A stretch of DNA of 60,545 bases, counting the filler, from Platydemus manokwari (lineage: Eukaryota), in NCBI GenBank assembly GCA_037951405.1. It is 5 parts of 5 records of this genome, joined end to end, with 100 filler letters (N's around TTAATTAATTAA, not from the genome) between each part and the next. Parts side by side here need not be neighbours in the genome. Positions count along the whole stretch, not along the records: positions 13,119 to 27,058 come from JBBMOY011570300.1; positions 27,159 to 38,479 come from JBBMOY010764425.1; positions 38,580 to 51,292 come from JBBMOY010004460.1; 2 more parts are not named here. One strand, written 5' to 3'. Below, piece by piece: positions 26,296 through 41,330 of this stretch (the first letter of the stretch is position 1; each line of letters begins with the position of its first letter). The notes beneath the pieces are model-generated. The model had not been told where the DNA came from. It did no database searches and was given only the letters and a program-made list of their open reading frames with translations. Both the position numbers and the translations under genes were made by a program.

Positions 26296-27058
26296 GTAAG
26301 TTTCCCTTTATAATTTTATATTGATTGTAGCAAATATACCAGACTAAATCCAATCTAGAATTGAGACAAAAAGTGTTATTTGAGTTCATAATCGATATTT
26401 GGGGTGGGAAATTATTTGTTTGCGATTATAATTATTGGATATTGGAACTATATTATGGTTACAGATCAAATATCGAAGTTTAAGCTATTAAAATATAGGA
26501 TTTATTTCGATAAATGCCACACCATATTTTTATTGTTTGCTGTCACAACCACCACCACCGGTTTTAGCTAAAACGGTATATATTTAATTAAATTCATTTA
26601 ATTCTTGTGAAATTCCCTTACCCTCGATATACAGAACAAAACGTGAAATTTATAAACACTGGCCATTGCAGAGCAGCAAACAATGACAAGCAATTTTTAG
26701 TGACCGCTAGAAATATTTGGAATGAATTTTAATCCTTTAATAAGTCGCATCAGTCACCTAATATTCAATAATCTAAATTTATTTCGAAAACACCACAATA
26801 AGCTATTTGGGATTATTGGATTTATTCAAATCATTATAATCCAATATTAGATTTAAATTTGTTTCCTTCATAAAAAATTAGTATTTTTATTCATTCATTG
26901 ATTTTTCTATAATATGCACTGCTTGAATATTTATCAAAGATAAATACAATTCTTATTAAAAATATTAATCTCATCGTCATGTACCAGAGGTGGCCAACTT
27001 TTGTGTACGTAAGATCGACTTTTCATTTGAATAACATCTCACGCGATAGACTAAAATT

Positions 27059-27158
27059 NNNNNNNNNNNNNNNNNNNNNNNNNNNNNNNNNNNNNNNNNN
27101 NNTTAATTAATTAANNNNNNNNNNNNNNNNNNNNNNNNNNNNNNNNNNNNNNNNNNNN
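27059..27158. other. Artificial assembly spacer
   Basis: N44-TTAATTAATTAA-N44. Confidence 0.95.
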
Positions 27159-27375
27159 CCCTTCTTTGCATGGTAAACTTAGAACTGGTGGTGACATTAA
27201 TGATGTTTTTAATTTGTGAAAAGATGCAGTTGCCAGATCGTTCCACTCAAATTTACTCTTTCTTCATTAATTGGTATAACGGTTGGGTAATACCAGCAAA
27301 ATCATTTATAAATCGCCTATAATAACCATATAATCCCAAAAATTCCTGTAGTTCCTTGACACATTTGAAGGATTG
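27159..27375 (-). mobile_element. Ty3/Gypsy pol fragment (RT thumb/connection)
   Basis: Minus strand reads VKELQEFLGLYGYYRRFINDFAGITQPLYQLMKK, then a frameshift, then FEWNDLATASFHKLKTSLMSPPVLSLP. Confidence 0.9.
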
Positions 27376-27795
27376 TGACACAAATTTGAATCTTTATGTA
27401 AAAAACATTGTAGATTCCAAATATGTTATCAAAATTGAATTAGATGAATATTCGCAAAAATATTCGAGTTTGAAACTATAATAAGAAATAATTAATTTAA
27501 AATGATTATTAACTATTATAAGTAATCATTTTAAGAATAAATAACTTTATTCAATTTTTGTTTTTCAACCAATTTTGTCAACGTCATGATTAATATTTTA
27601 ATATAATTATTTAATTATAAGAAGTATCTCAATTAATTAGTTTTTTATTCATTCTTATTATAATTTAAATATAAGTAAATATTTTTAGTGAAATAAATAT
27701 GAGGATAAATGATGTTTTTATATAAACATGTAAATAACACATTACTCATTATTTAAAATTTCTTTCATTTGCAAAAATATATTTTTATAAAAATT

Positions 27796-28108
27796 TGTAA
27801 CTAAAGATTTCTGATGAAGTGGCCGCACACATGAATTCGGGAGTTAAAGATCACCTCTAGATAGAAAAGCTAGTGCGTGAGTTGATTATATCTAGGGTTT
27901 TTCGATTTCTTAATCTCCGAGAGCCTAGACGTTTTGTCTTTCTAAATAAAGGTCGTTGGGTGGTCTACTAATAGCTATGATTCTTAAATTTTCACTGAGA
28001 GTGGTGGCTGGATTTGAGTGACTCTCAACTCTATTGTCTTAGTTCAACTCTTTATTTATTTCCTTAAGATCCTATTTTAAATATTTTCTTATTTAGCAAT
28101 GTAATACA
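27796..28108. mobile_element. Possible solo LTR
   Basis: GC-elevated block starting TGTAAC with an internal AATAAA and a possible CA end. No target-site duplication recognised. Confidence 0.25.
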
Positions 28109-28419
28109 AAACATAAAGCTTTCGATAAAGATTAACATTTAATTACTGATGATGTGTTTACAATTTCGATTTGAAACCCCAGCTAATTCAAATCTGTTTA
28201 AGATTTATGATTATTAAAATTATATTAAAAAATAGAAAAAAACTGAAAAACTGTTAAAAAATATATGAAAATTCACTCTGCGTGTCTGACGTTCTAATTC
28301 ACCAGATTTTTTTATTTGATATTGTTAGCCGAAACTATTTTATAAAAAACGCATCGAAAATGAACTGAAAAGTCAAGACAACCAATTTTATTTGAAAGAC
28401 AATTATCTAAACAAATAAA

Positions 28420-28610
28420 GAAAATTTAATACCAAATTAAATTCAATAAAAATTTAAATTGAAATAAAATTTAATTCAATTCAATATATTTAATATTCAA
28501 TATAAAATTAAATTAAATTTAAAATCAAATTCAATACAACATTAAATTCAATATAAAACTCAATTCAATATAAATTAAATTCTACTAATTCAAATTGAAT
28601 TCAATTTGAT
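28420..28610. repeat. Low-complexity AAATTCAATA-type degenerate tandem repeat
   Basis: Repeated aaattcaat/aattaaatt words. Confidence 0.55.
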
Positions 28611-31028
28611 ATTCTCACAATAATATTACTATACATTTGTTGAAATCTAACAATAATCTTCATAATATAATAAGCAATAATAGGATAACCGTATCCATGC
28701 ATTAGCCGACAATAAACTCAATTTGCTTAGCTCAATCAATTAATTCGAAATAACTTGTTATGATTCAGTGCCAGATTGATTTCAACTCAAGCTAGAGGTC
28801 CATATCTATTATTTATCTTTTCTAAATTATATTGAAATATCTATAATTTGAAAAATCCCGTAATTTAGACTTTCATACTTTTTGTGTGTTAAATTTTAAT
28901 TTGATATTTCATTTCTACAATAGTAATTGGGTTTTTCGATTTTCTGTTATTGAGATTGGTCAATCCCTACACATGAATTGTTATGTAGTTATGCCCTTGC
29001 TTTATGAAGCGAATAATGCGCATTTCTTAAAATAAAATCACTATTTGGAATTATGCTGTCATTTTGATCTACAAATTTTCTAGATAATAAATAAGCTCTG
29101 ACAATAACAATTCTCATAAAATGTATCTACATTAAATATTTCACTCAAATTTATTGACATCAATAGTGCTCTATTATCAATAATTGTTATATATTTTATG
29201 TGGTTATAAATAATGTTCTGGTGTTTCAAGATGCGTTATTTCAATTCACATCACTTAATGCACATTACAATCTACATTCTACACTAAAATAAAATCAATT
29301 CCTTGTCATATCGGGCACAATAATATCGATCTACATCACTAACCTGTAATATTCACTGAACTATTTTCCTTCGTTTTGGTCTTTATATTGTTTTTACGTT
29401 TCAATATATCTCTTCTATTCAAGAACCATTTCATAAAGCGTTCATAATTTCATATATAATTCGATAGAGAAATCCATCACTGACCAAAAATCGAACATAA
29501 ATCTTATTTTGTGATACTTCTTTCAATGTTTTCTAAGATTGGTTATCATATAGAGGTGACAAAATATGCGCAGCTAATAATTATTCATCACAACCAAGGT
29601 AAATTCAAGGTTACTTATCGAAAAATACTCAATTTTATCAATATCTCATAATGCGACTTGTTTATGACAAGACAGAAATTTTGAAATTATGTGATCAATG
29701 AACGAAAATCTTCGTTTCTTTAAAATATAATACATTTTACAAATTAAATTCCTATAAGTCAACAATATTACCTACTAAAAATTTTCACTGGACTGGTCTC
29801 ATAAAATTGTCTTCAGGCAATCATGTTCAAATAACGAAGATCAAAGCCACATCAAATCTTAAATGATAAATTTATTCAATTCTAAATTTGACTTCAGATT
29901 TTATTTGAAGATTTTTAGTCCACTAATAGACTTTTATAAGGGAAAACTCGGTTATTCAAAGAAAAATGATAAGTACATTTTTGAGTTCGTTGTAGAACTG
30001 AAAGATGGTAAGGCTTCATTGGATGAATTCAGATTTTGTTTCATTTATTTTGGAGAAATGACACTTAATAATATTGGTGTATATGTTGTGATTCCATTAT
30101 ACAGTAAAGTTTGTGAAAGAGGCTTCATTGGTCAACGAAATTGTTGACTGGATCTGATAGGCTTTCAAATTAAAGAATTTATTTTAATCTACGAATATAT
30201 TTAGATAAAATATTCGATCAATCTCCGAATAATATAGCCTTGGTTTGAATTTAAATCACAATTATCCTCTCACTGTCTTATTCTTTGGTGTTTTCTAACA
30301 TATATAGTTATAATGTTTCAAAAAGTATTTATAATTAGTAATTTCCTAACATTTATATCTAATATTAACTCAATAAACTGCCTACTAGATAATCAAATTA
30401 TTATAATAATCTATTGTAACTAGAATTGGATTCTTTAGAATAAAATTCAACTCATGTCTAATCTTCAATTCGCTAATTTGAGATCTTTTGAAATAAAAAG
30501 AGATGAAGAGAATGTGCCAACCCTACAGTAAAATTCTCGACAAAAAACATTAAATTACCTATTGAAAAATGAAATATACAAAAGCGAGACTATCAGTAGC
30601 CAATTAGAGATCTTGAAATTTATGGTTTCTGATGTGATTGGCTTAGTTTTTGTAGTGTAAAAATATAAAAGGGAATAGCAATTATAAAACGCAAGAGAAA
30701 AAAATGGGAAACCATAAAGTAATTAATGAGTTAAAATAATCATTGATTTAAAACCTAGAATACTAACAACAAATGAAAATATAAAACTCCTTAGAAGCAT
30801 AAAAAACATTTTAAAAAAATCAGAGTCACGTAAATCGTGATAGGAGGTGGCCAAATAGCATCATCCTCTGATCAATCAACATACACAATAAATCGAAAAC
30901 TGTTTGATATCATAATAATACATAATTAGATTTTGTCGCTAAGATTTACAAATTGGTTCAGATGTCAAGTGTCATTGTCAAATCAAAGTTTTAATAATCA
31001 GGCTCAAATTCCGATAAAATCAACATCA

Positions 31029-34000
31029 TTAAAATTCCGTATTACAAGGTCCATCAGCTGCATATTTCTCAATGCTTTCCTCATCAAAATCTCGCTTATT
31101 CTTCCCTATCACTGGTTTCCCGTGTGCTAAAACACGGGCTACTTCGTCAAATGACCGATTTTTGGTTTCTGGCATAAAAACAAAGAAGAATATCCATCCA
31201 AGTATCACTATGACCAAAAAAGGCAGAAACGAGTAGCCACCAATGGCTTTCTAGAATTTATATATTAAAGTTGCAATTGTGAAAATATTATTGCAATATA
31301 ATTAATAATTATTATTATGAATGAACAATGTTATTCACAGATACCAATATCAACTGGTATACAATAAGAATTTGACACGGATAATCGCAACACAATTTTG
31401 GAAAAATCTTGGCTACATTGAGTGAATGCTAACATTAAAACTCATTGATTACTCTCAAAGAAAATCAGCTGATATTTATTATTGTAATTGATGAGACAAT
31501 ACAAACTATAATATCGAAGCAAAATTCTATAAATTAAATAGCAGTAGTATTTTAAAGTACTAAATAACGTGACTTGTAATAAATATTGGCATAACTCGAA
31601 CAAAAAATTAAATTAAAATAGCTCACAAAACAAATTTAAATAGATAAAGATTCTAAACTCTTACATTCATATTAGGATAACTGAAAAGAACAATTAAACT
31701 GGAGGTCCATTGAATAGCTTGACTAATGGAATAAGCAGCACCTCGTGGTTCTTGGCGGAATATTTCTGCAACAATCAATGCTGGCACTGGACCCAATCCA
31801 AATGCAAATCCAATGATATAAGTCATGATGAAAAACACCGATATTCCGCCAGTAATTTTTTGAGCATCTGTTGATAAAATACTTTTTGCATTGGTCAGAT
31901 TAACTGTAATCGTAAGCAGCAAGAGAGACGCAGCTAATACAACGGACGGCCATAATAACAGTGTTCTTCGGCCAAATTTTTCCAATAGCGGAAGCGATAC
32001 AACAGTACATATGACATTTAATAATCCAATACCAATGACACAATATTGGCTGTAAATGTCTGGAATTCCAGCTGTACTAAGCATGGAACTGGAATATGAA
32101 ATTACCTAGACAATACATTTGCATATATCATTGCAATTAAATAACAGAAATTAAAATTGACTATAAGCTAGCTTCCCGAATGAGGACAAGAGACATTTGT
32201 AAAAAGAAATTATATATTAATAATATATTAAATAGCTAGGAATCATAGTAAAACATTTACAATTTAGTTCTTCTACTAAATATTAAGCTGAAAATATTTT
32301 TAAGATAAGTTTTAAGGAACTTGGACGTAATTTCTTGCCACGAAACAAAGATATATATCGGGGATTATCGATAATCAGATCTTGGAAGTAATCTAAGTCT
32401 CAAAAATTGTGCCGCATTCGACATTGTATTTAAATGTTTTATTTTATTAACCTCTATAGCAAATTCTGATAACTATCTAATTTCTTCACCATAAAACCGA
32501 CGATGAAGTATATTTTGATTGTAAAACACAAAGAAAACCTAATGAATCTAAAATTAATAAACCAATATTAGTATAAATATCTTTTATATTAGCAAACTTT
32601 TTGTTTCGCCTTCATAGTTCTGAAAAAATTAATTCAAATATAAAAATAATCAAAAAAAACATTATTATTTTCACCAGTTTTTTATATGATGGTTTTTATG
32701 TGATGAATTTCATCTTGGTTTCAGTTTTATTCCGTATTACAATTAGATATCAATTTTTTATCTTTGACATAATGTTTTTATCAATTCCATTACAAACTTC
32801 TCAATTAATGGTTTGTCGTGCAGATTATGACCTGATACCGAAGTCAATAGATTAGTCCGCCTTAAATACGATAAGAAAACCTTCATTCCAGTTTTATATT
32901 TTACAATGTTAGAATGATATGACATCAGAACCGTGACCTTAATACTCACGTGTTTTCATCCAGTTATTTTGTAATAATTTATCTATCAATGACATTTAAG
33001 AATAATTTCAATATTAATTTCTTCAAAGTAAACTCAGTTAGCATTAACAATGGTGATTTAATTAAACTCATTACATATATGTGAACTTCGAAATTTAAAT
33101 GTTGAATTAAAGTACAAAACAACCATTAAATATAAAATCAAGTGAAAGAATTAAAGTATTCTAAATTAAATGGTGAAAAAATAATAGATTTTTTAATGTT
33201 TTTGTTAAATTTTTTATTTTTAGCTTTTTAAAATATGTTTGGATTTCAAATCAATTTGATTCTTCTGCTGTCGAAATGATTCATAAAAATATCAAATATA
33301 AAATAATTAGGCTAAAGTTAAAATATAGGGTCCTGAAATGAAATTTTGAATTTGTTGAGTGTATTGCGAAATTCTATATAGTTTATTTAATTATATTTTT
33401 TAAAATATTTTGAATATTTTATTTAAGTACTTAAGAAGAATTTTAGTTGTTTGAAATCAAATATCAAATACAATAGAGTTGCAAAAAATTATAAAGTTTG
33501 ATTATTTGAAAAAACGAAAAAAGTAGATCAAATTGCAATTTATTGAAAATTTGAGAGGACCACTATTTTTTAACATTAGAGGGAAATTAAGAGATATTCT
33601 CAATTTTTACAATTATTTTATAAAAATAATCAATGATATTATTAAACATATCTGAAATTAACTAACTCGAATTATAAACATTTAAATTTAAAAAATCCAA
33701 TAATCATATAGAAGTGTTGTGATTAGAATGAGAACTTGGTTTTAAAACTATGTTTTGTCATTATTAGACATCTTCAAAAATGAGATATTAATTGAATTAT
33801 ATGAATAAATCAATCAAAGCAGTTAAATATAAAAACAAGTTATGAAATTATCTGATGATCGAAAATTCATTATAACGAAAGTAGGTCAAAAGACCCTTTT
33901 TCTTAACTTAAGCCAAAAATTAGAATTAAAATTGACTAACAATAGCATAAATATAATATAAAAGGTTGATATTTTCCAAATTTTATTTTACCTGAATAGC

Positions 34001-35754
34001 TTGTCTTTAATGAGATTTTTTAAAATTTGATACTACTTTCAATTAATTATGTTCAATATTGTATTTATATCGATGAAAACATTTCCCATAATCTATTGGT
34101 TTCTGTACAAATATAATTTTAAAATGCTTTGAAACATACGGCGTTAATTCCAGAAAGCTGTTGCATGATTTGAATTATACATGCTATGGCAACTGGCATT
34201 CTTAAATCACTCTGAGTAAATAATTGACCAAATTTAAATTTTGGTTGACCTTTAGTTTTCTCCACTTCCTCTCGAAGTTCATCCACGAAAACATCTACGC
34301 TTTCTATTTGATTAATTCTGAGAAATTCTTTTCTTGCCAGCGTTTCGTCATTTTTCTTCAGATATATGAAGCGTGGACTTTCGGGACAAATTGGTAGTAG
34401 AAACAGTGATACAATAGCTGGAATCACAGAACAAGCGCAAGCAACTGGCCACAATGTATCGGTATTGAGTGTGTGTGTCATTGTCAGAACGTATCCGACA
34501 ACAATTCCAATTGTCACTGCCAATTGATGGCATGCTCCGATTGCTCCACGATACATTGTTGGAGCTAATTCCGTTAGGTACATCGATGCCAAACCGATAC
34601 TGATTCCAGAATTTATTCCAATGAAAAATCTTCCAACGTATAACAGTGCTGGTATTGCTGTTTTGACGGTTAACCCACTAATAATTGCTCCGATAATAAC
34701 AAATATATGATTGAAAAGTAGACCATTCCTCCTAGGAAACAAAAATCAGGGAATAAATTAATGCTTTAAATTATTATATATCAAACCTTCCAATAAAATC
34801 CGCAACCCACCCTGTACTAAAGGCACCAATTATTCCAGCAACAACGAAAGCCGTACTGGTTTGAGCATAAAGAAAATCCGAATCGACGCTAGTTTGTGGT
34901 ACATCAGCAATAAGGCTTGCATTATATGTAGGACTATCTGGATTATAGGCATCTTTACATGGCACTTTAAGTATTGTCGTGTTGAGAAAACATTTAATAT
35001 TCTGAAAAATTAGTAGTTTATTGTTAAATAGATGAGATTCTGTTTCATTGTTTTACTTTGATGAGCTATAGTTTCCATATTGAAAATAATTACTTCAATT
35101 TATCATTTATTGAATTAAATTTTATCTGATCAATGATAATGATTATGTAAGATTATGTACGACGATATTTAATAATTAAATTTTTAGTGTCATATATGCT
35201 GTAGTTGTTGAGAAATATCAACACTTACCAAGACCATCAACAATCCACTTACATATTTTATAACGAAAATCAATTACAGACTTTAAAATGTATGGAATCA
35301 GAATTATCTAACTGGCTGGAATCAGGCTTTGTTCCAACACTAATCTGTAAAATGATACTCTTACACAAAAATACCTTTCATTGATCGAAACTATTATATT
35401 ATTAAGTAAAAAAATAATAAATATATTAAAAAAAATTAACTTATAAGTGTTATGATTTTTGAAATTGAAATGATCTTTGAACTGCGTTTGGGTAATTTTT
35501 TTATCAACAAAATATCCATTATTTTAAATAATAACATTACTGAAATTAATTTTTTATCTGACTAACATCGGCAGGTAGATTGATGACTCCAGTATTATAT
35601 CCATATAACATTGAAGATCCGAAACACGTTAAAAACACCGTAAAAACCAGAACTGGTGTAATTTTCTGTCATCAAAATATATTTAAACGATATTTGATAA
35701 TTGGTTTATAAATACCCCGCTCTTTTCCACCAATTCTTCGCTTGACACTAACAT
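31029..35754 (-). CDS. Facilitated glucose transporter, GLUT/SLC2A family (flatworm SGTP1-like), ~535 aa
   Basis: Six exons: 35754-35716, 35665-35567, 35001-34787, 34731-34140, 32105-31665, 31250-31029. All introns GT-AG and phase-consistent (0,0,2,0,0). Motifs: YGYNTGVINLP, DFIGRR, GRFFIG, PESPR, QQLSGINAV, EKFGRRTL, PETKNRSF. Confidence 0.96.
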
Positions 35755-38479
35755 TTTGAAGTTATCAGTGAAAATAATATGATGAATGTAATTATAAAAC
35801 AATGACTAGAATTTTTTTTATAAAATATTTATGGTAACCAATCAAAACCATTCGATCAATGTATGTATGTGATTCTGTAAAGTTTATCTGCGAATTCTTA
35901 TTCTACATTAAAAAATTGAAGTCCAGTATTTAACAATATCGAAATCCATTGAAAACATTTTATATTATGAGGTGGAATATTTTTATTAATTTATCAAACA
36001 TAATATATAAATTATTAATTCTTAGTTTCAAATATATATTAATTAATGAATTCAAGATTCTTTGTTTTAAAAAATTATATAGTTTTTATTTAATTAAATA
36101 TCATTTTAAAATAACTAATTTACAATTTTTAACAGGCATTACATTATCATAAAATAGCATGAAATCATTTTTCGATATTAATAACAAAATAATATTAAAT
36201 ATTTCTATTATGCAAACTCACAGCAAGCTATGGAAAATAGAAATAAAAATATATTACTTGATAAGACCAATTAAAGTGTCAGATAATGGTTTCTTTGGTT
36301 TTAGTATTGAATTAAAGTCTTGGTGATTATAAAATTAACCTGATAAAGAGTGATAGTTCTTGAGTAAAATAATAAAAGAAATATTAGTAATTAGTTGTAT
36401 AATATCACATAATCACTTGACATCATATGTTTGCAGTGCGTACAAACTATTATAGATATCAATGGTCTATTGTTGGCTGTTACATTTAATTTCAAAACAA
36501 ATAATCAGAGAATTCTTTGTTAAAACTAATTATCACATAATTGTATTCAATAATGCCATACGTTGCCATTTATTTTGATGATGGACATGATATTTATCAA
36601 AAATACTTTAAATTTTAAAAAAATTTGTCACGCCAATGTGGTTTTGAATAATCCGTTAACAATGCTTGATTCCGTAATTATTAACTCGAGGAAAGAAATG
36701 AGCTAAAGACTTGTAAAATCCACGTTAGAAAAATTAAATAATTTAAAAAAATAATCAAGATGAATTGCATAAAATTTCCACATGTAAAGTGATGAAATTT
36801 TTTAAAAATTCGATTCATAAGATACTAAAGAAAAATGTGAAATTGATAAACAACTTTAAATAATATAGTTAAAAGTTTTCATGAATTGTTTATTGTTTTA
36901 TGTTTACGTTTTCATAATCTAAACATTTTTAACTTAATAAACGAAAACATAAGTTCTGCTGACTGATAAGAATAGTGACAAATCATTTTTGTTTTTTTCG
37001 TATTTTTCTAAAACACATTAATTTTTAATTCCAAGCTTGCATTTATTCAATGGAGAGTCAATATTTCGCCTGAATTTATTGAATTTGAATTTTTTAAAGA
37101 ATTTTTTCCATCTTCCAGAAATGATAAAACAAAAAATACATTTCTAAATAATTCTAGATAAAATACTTTTACACCAAACTTTAATATATATTCAACAATG
37201 TTGGTTTTTAACATAAACAGATCAATAAATTTCACACTTATAAACAAGATATTGATTATATTTACTCTATCTTTAAAATGATTGGATGATAAATTATGAA
37301 TTGAAAGATCTCGGAATCCCAACATTTATAAAATCAATAATAATTAACTAAAAGAAAAAGAAATATTTTGACTGATTTATTTATTCTGATTTATAGATTT
37401 ATAAATAATGATTTTATTAATTATTAATATTATAAGGGAGATTTGTAAATGGAAAGGGAAATGTCGTATGTATGATATGTGTATGTTGTTTAGCCATTGC
37501 GAAATTGTCAGTTACTACAATCCAATAAACCTCCCAAGACGTTATTATATCATCAGTAATAAGATGATGTATATAACATCGTTATTGTGTTTAATAAATC
37601 ATTCCGCATAAAACGACTTATTTCTCACAATATGTAATGAAATATTTTATCATTATTAATATTATAATAAACTCAAAGTCAAATCCAAATCGGTATACTT
37701 TGTTCTCAGCCGCCATTGCAAATTTTTTGTAATAAAATAGCAATTTTGTACCACATGTGTTTCGCTATAAAAACATTTTTCTTTAATTTTTACTTTTAAA
37801 TTAAAAAGAATCAAAATTTTTAAAAAATTATACTTTATTTAGAAAAATACAAACAATCAGAGAGGGCATTTTATTTGAATACTTTTATTAAAATTTCAAA
37901 ATATATTAAAAACAATTTCAAAACTGACACTCAAATAATGGGTTTATCCCAATATACACAATTGTCGAGTAAGTGATCGAATAATGATGAGAGCTGTGGA
38001 ATTTGATTTGAATTTTCCTTGATTATTCGCACTTATCTACCGAAAATTTGTTCGTATATTGAATAGAGACTTATCCACATTTATGCGTTTAGGTATATAT
38101 AGTTTAGTAATGACCTCAATCCAAATAATATAATAATATACATTGTTTTTTAGAAATTTTCGAGATTTTTTCATACATAAATTAAACTAAAAATAGACCA
38201 AAATCAAAAAAATATTATATAAAAATCTATAAATAGATAAAATAATTTAAGAGATCTAAAAATAGCAACAATCAATGATAATTAATTAAAGTATAATTAT
38301 CAATAAACTATAAATTGTGACAAATTAATAATTAGTGTAGAGCTTGTTTAGATTCTTAAATCCTTCGTTGAAATATATTTCCATAAGAACTTAAATGTAA
38401 TTCTAAAACATGATATTGAAAAATGATTAACTTTTTAACGAATTTTTCAATTAAACCCTTCAAATTAAAAACGCATTAA

Positions 38480-38579
38480 NNNNNNNNNNNNNNNNNNNNN
38501 NNNNNNNNNNNNNNNNNNNNNNNTTAATTAATTAANNNNNNNNNNNNNNNNNNNNNNNNNNNNNNNNNNNNNNNNNNNN
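38480..38579. other. Artificial assembly spacer
   Basis: N44-TTAATTAATTAA-N44. Confidence 0.95.
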
Positions 38580-39799
38580 AACTGAATTACTATAATTTTC
38601 ATTGAATTCTGAAATTTTTAGATTGCGTTCTGTGTTCTTTTCTAAATTAAAGATTTTAATATAATACCAGAACCAACAACCTCTTTGTATATTAGAGATA
38701 ATATATAAATAATCAAAGTATAATAAATGAACAATGATTACCAATGATTATTGATTACCAAAAGTAAACACTAAATTAAGTTTAATTAAGCTTGTTAAGC
38801 TTCACTTACTGATTCCATAGGTCTTCAATAGTTCATATGATGACAAACTACACCCAAAGTTAACTGAAATATATAAATGTAATATGCTAACTCTTGATAT
38901 AGAATTGATTTTATTTCAAGTGCATAACATAGCATTGAGTTGATGCACTCTTGAGATAGAAAATATGCTAAGTGCAATTTCTAGAATTAAGTCTTTTTAA
39001 AGTCACAATTGTTCTACTTCTATAATGATTAAAAATGTGTTTTATGGAAAATTCGCTTAGAAAACGCGGTCATTGGAACCCTTCTGTTAACAATATACAC
39101 ACATTCATGTCCATATTGTCATACATGTATGGTAACCGACTAATTAGACGCCACATAGACAAAAAATACGATATAGAAGGAAAATATAGGAAAAAAGATT
39201 GTTCTCAGACAGTCTGAACAAATAAACAATCAATCTATAAGAAAGTAAACAAATACCTGACAAAGCGTATAAAAGCAGTCAGATCTTAAACACATATACT
39301 ACTCTTTTATGGTCGGTAATTTCTGACTTTATTTCAATCTTTCAGATATGAACTCAATGTGATCTTACACTTGAGTTTGCGGTTTTGAAGTTTAGTAACT
39401 ATTCTAACAAAAGTTTATCACACAAAACAAGACAAACTAAGATTATAAATTACAATGCAAATATGGCTTATGTTTAGTCTGAAGATACAAATATTGAAAT
39501 TTATGTTGTATAGGCTGAGTAGCCAATTGAGACCGATGAAAAAAGAAAATTTTTTATTCTGATTTTGATGTCAAAGGCTTATTTTGGAGTCAGATGCCTG
39601 AATGGCAATAGATTTGAGAAAATAAAAGTTACAATCACTATTTCGTTTTGATAAAACTCAACAAAAAGGATTGAACTTAAATACTTTAATATCTGGTAAT
39701 TAAAATAAATAAATAAAATGTTCCTATTGTAGTAAGTATAAACAACAGGATGTACATAGAAGAGATGTGCATAGTAAAAATAAACATGTGAGGAGCGAG

Positions 39800-41330
39800 A
39801 TAACTTTTTATTTTTGCTCATTCAACGAGAGATTCAAAAAGTAAGATGTTTTTGGTATAGTGGCTAGCCCTGCAACAAGTGTAGTTGTACGGGATTAAAA
39901 GTATATAAGAAGGTATTTTTGGTATTAGCAGCGCGCTAATTCGTACAGAAGTGTATTTAATGTGAATTGGTCAAGACTAGATTCTAACCTAAGGTATTCA
40001 GAAAAAGTGTCGGGACTTGGTCTTCGTTATTATTAACCTGTTACAGGACAGGATCAACAAATTCAACAACATCATCTTTATCTTCAGCACATCAGAAGAT
40101 CAAACCTCAATCGTCTCAATCAACCTCCTATCAAAACCTACAATTCAGGTGGAAAGTCGACATTGACGATTAATAAATATTTGACTATGTTTGACTTTTT
40201 GTGATTAATCTGACTCTTTTAACTTTTTGTGATTCAACTGTCAGATCTTCGCTAACTGAGCAGTGTTCATTATCCTCTACTTTATTATTCATATTTATGT
40301 ATTTAATTTTCCGTTCTCTACTCGACGTTTGATCATCATTTATTCGTCGTGGATATGTCATTGCTCGGTGCCTATATTCTTGACAGTTAATAAAATTATA
40401 TATTTCCATCTTTGTTCATTTTATACCTTGTAAATCCTAGGCTGTTTCCTCTATTTCTCTGATTGAATCCTTGATTCTGTTCTCGACCTATTGAGGCTTT
40501 TTGTTTTTAATTGAAACTATTTTTATCATTATTCCATGGATTTCGATACTCGTTGCTTCATAGCATTCTATTGTTTCTGTTTCTACTATTTTATTGATTT
40601 CGATAATTCCAATTATAATCCATATTCCAATTATTTCCATTGTAACGGTTTCCAGGACTATTTCCTCAATAACCATTATATCGACTTCCAGGACTGCTTT
40701 CCCTATTATATTGTTGAGTGAGACGAAATTTTGCAAAAAGAAAAACGAAATTACACCTTGGAACCCTAGTTTTGGCATTTTGAACATTTACATGCCTACA
40801 AGACCATACAGGTATGCCAATCGGCCAATTACAGCAAAGCTAGCTAGTAAATTACAATCGGGAAGAAGGGCATAACTACACAAAACACACATCTATGGAT
40901 TGACCAATCCCATTCATGTCAAAACCTAAATACTCAATAAGAACACAGAAAGGCAAACACCAAATCAAATTGTAGTACATCATGACACAGAGAGATGCAC
41001 ACAGATCACGAGTATAAAAAGCAATGTAAAAATGGACAACTGCCATTTGAAAGCCAGATTTGGTGAAATCATTTTGCTTGTATTGATTATTGAGATTTTC
41101 GTCAGTGTTGTATTTGTATATTGACTAATATTCATTTTGAGGAGTCAGAAGTTGTTATTCATTTATACCCCAACAATATCTATTCCTCAAAAGCTCGTGA
41201 TTTTTGAATTGTTCGAAAAAACTTATTTATACAATCAAACAATATTTTAAATTTTCACAACGCACAGATTAAGAAAGATTTTCAACAAGGAAAGGCTCAG
41301 ATTCCGAACCTCCTTTGCGTTGATATATGA
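39800..41330 (+). mobile_element. Possible decayed LTR retrotransposon (LTR/gag/protease/RT-start remnants)
   Basis: LTR-like GC-elevated block with TATATAA (~39903), then Q/N/Y-rich gag-like low-complexity peptides, NRPITA (protease-like context) and LLCVD near 41310 (cf. RLCVDY). No intact ORF. Confidence 0.3.

Noticed and set aside
27811-27840. CTGATGA followed by a small stem, hammerhead-like
   Set aside because: No correctly placed GAAA and no stems I/III.
29863-30147. 94-aa ORF as a possible further OSBP exon
   Set aside because: No similarity to OSBP FFAT/ORD regions and it lies beyond an assembly spacer.
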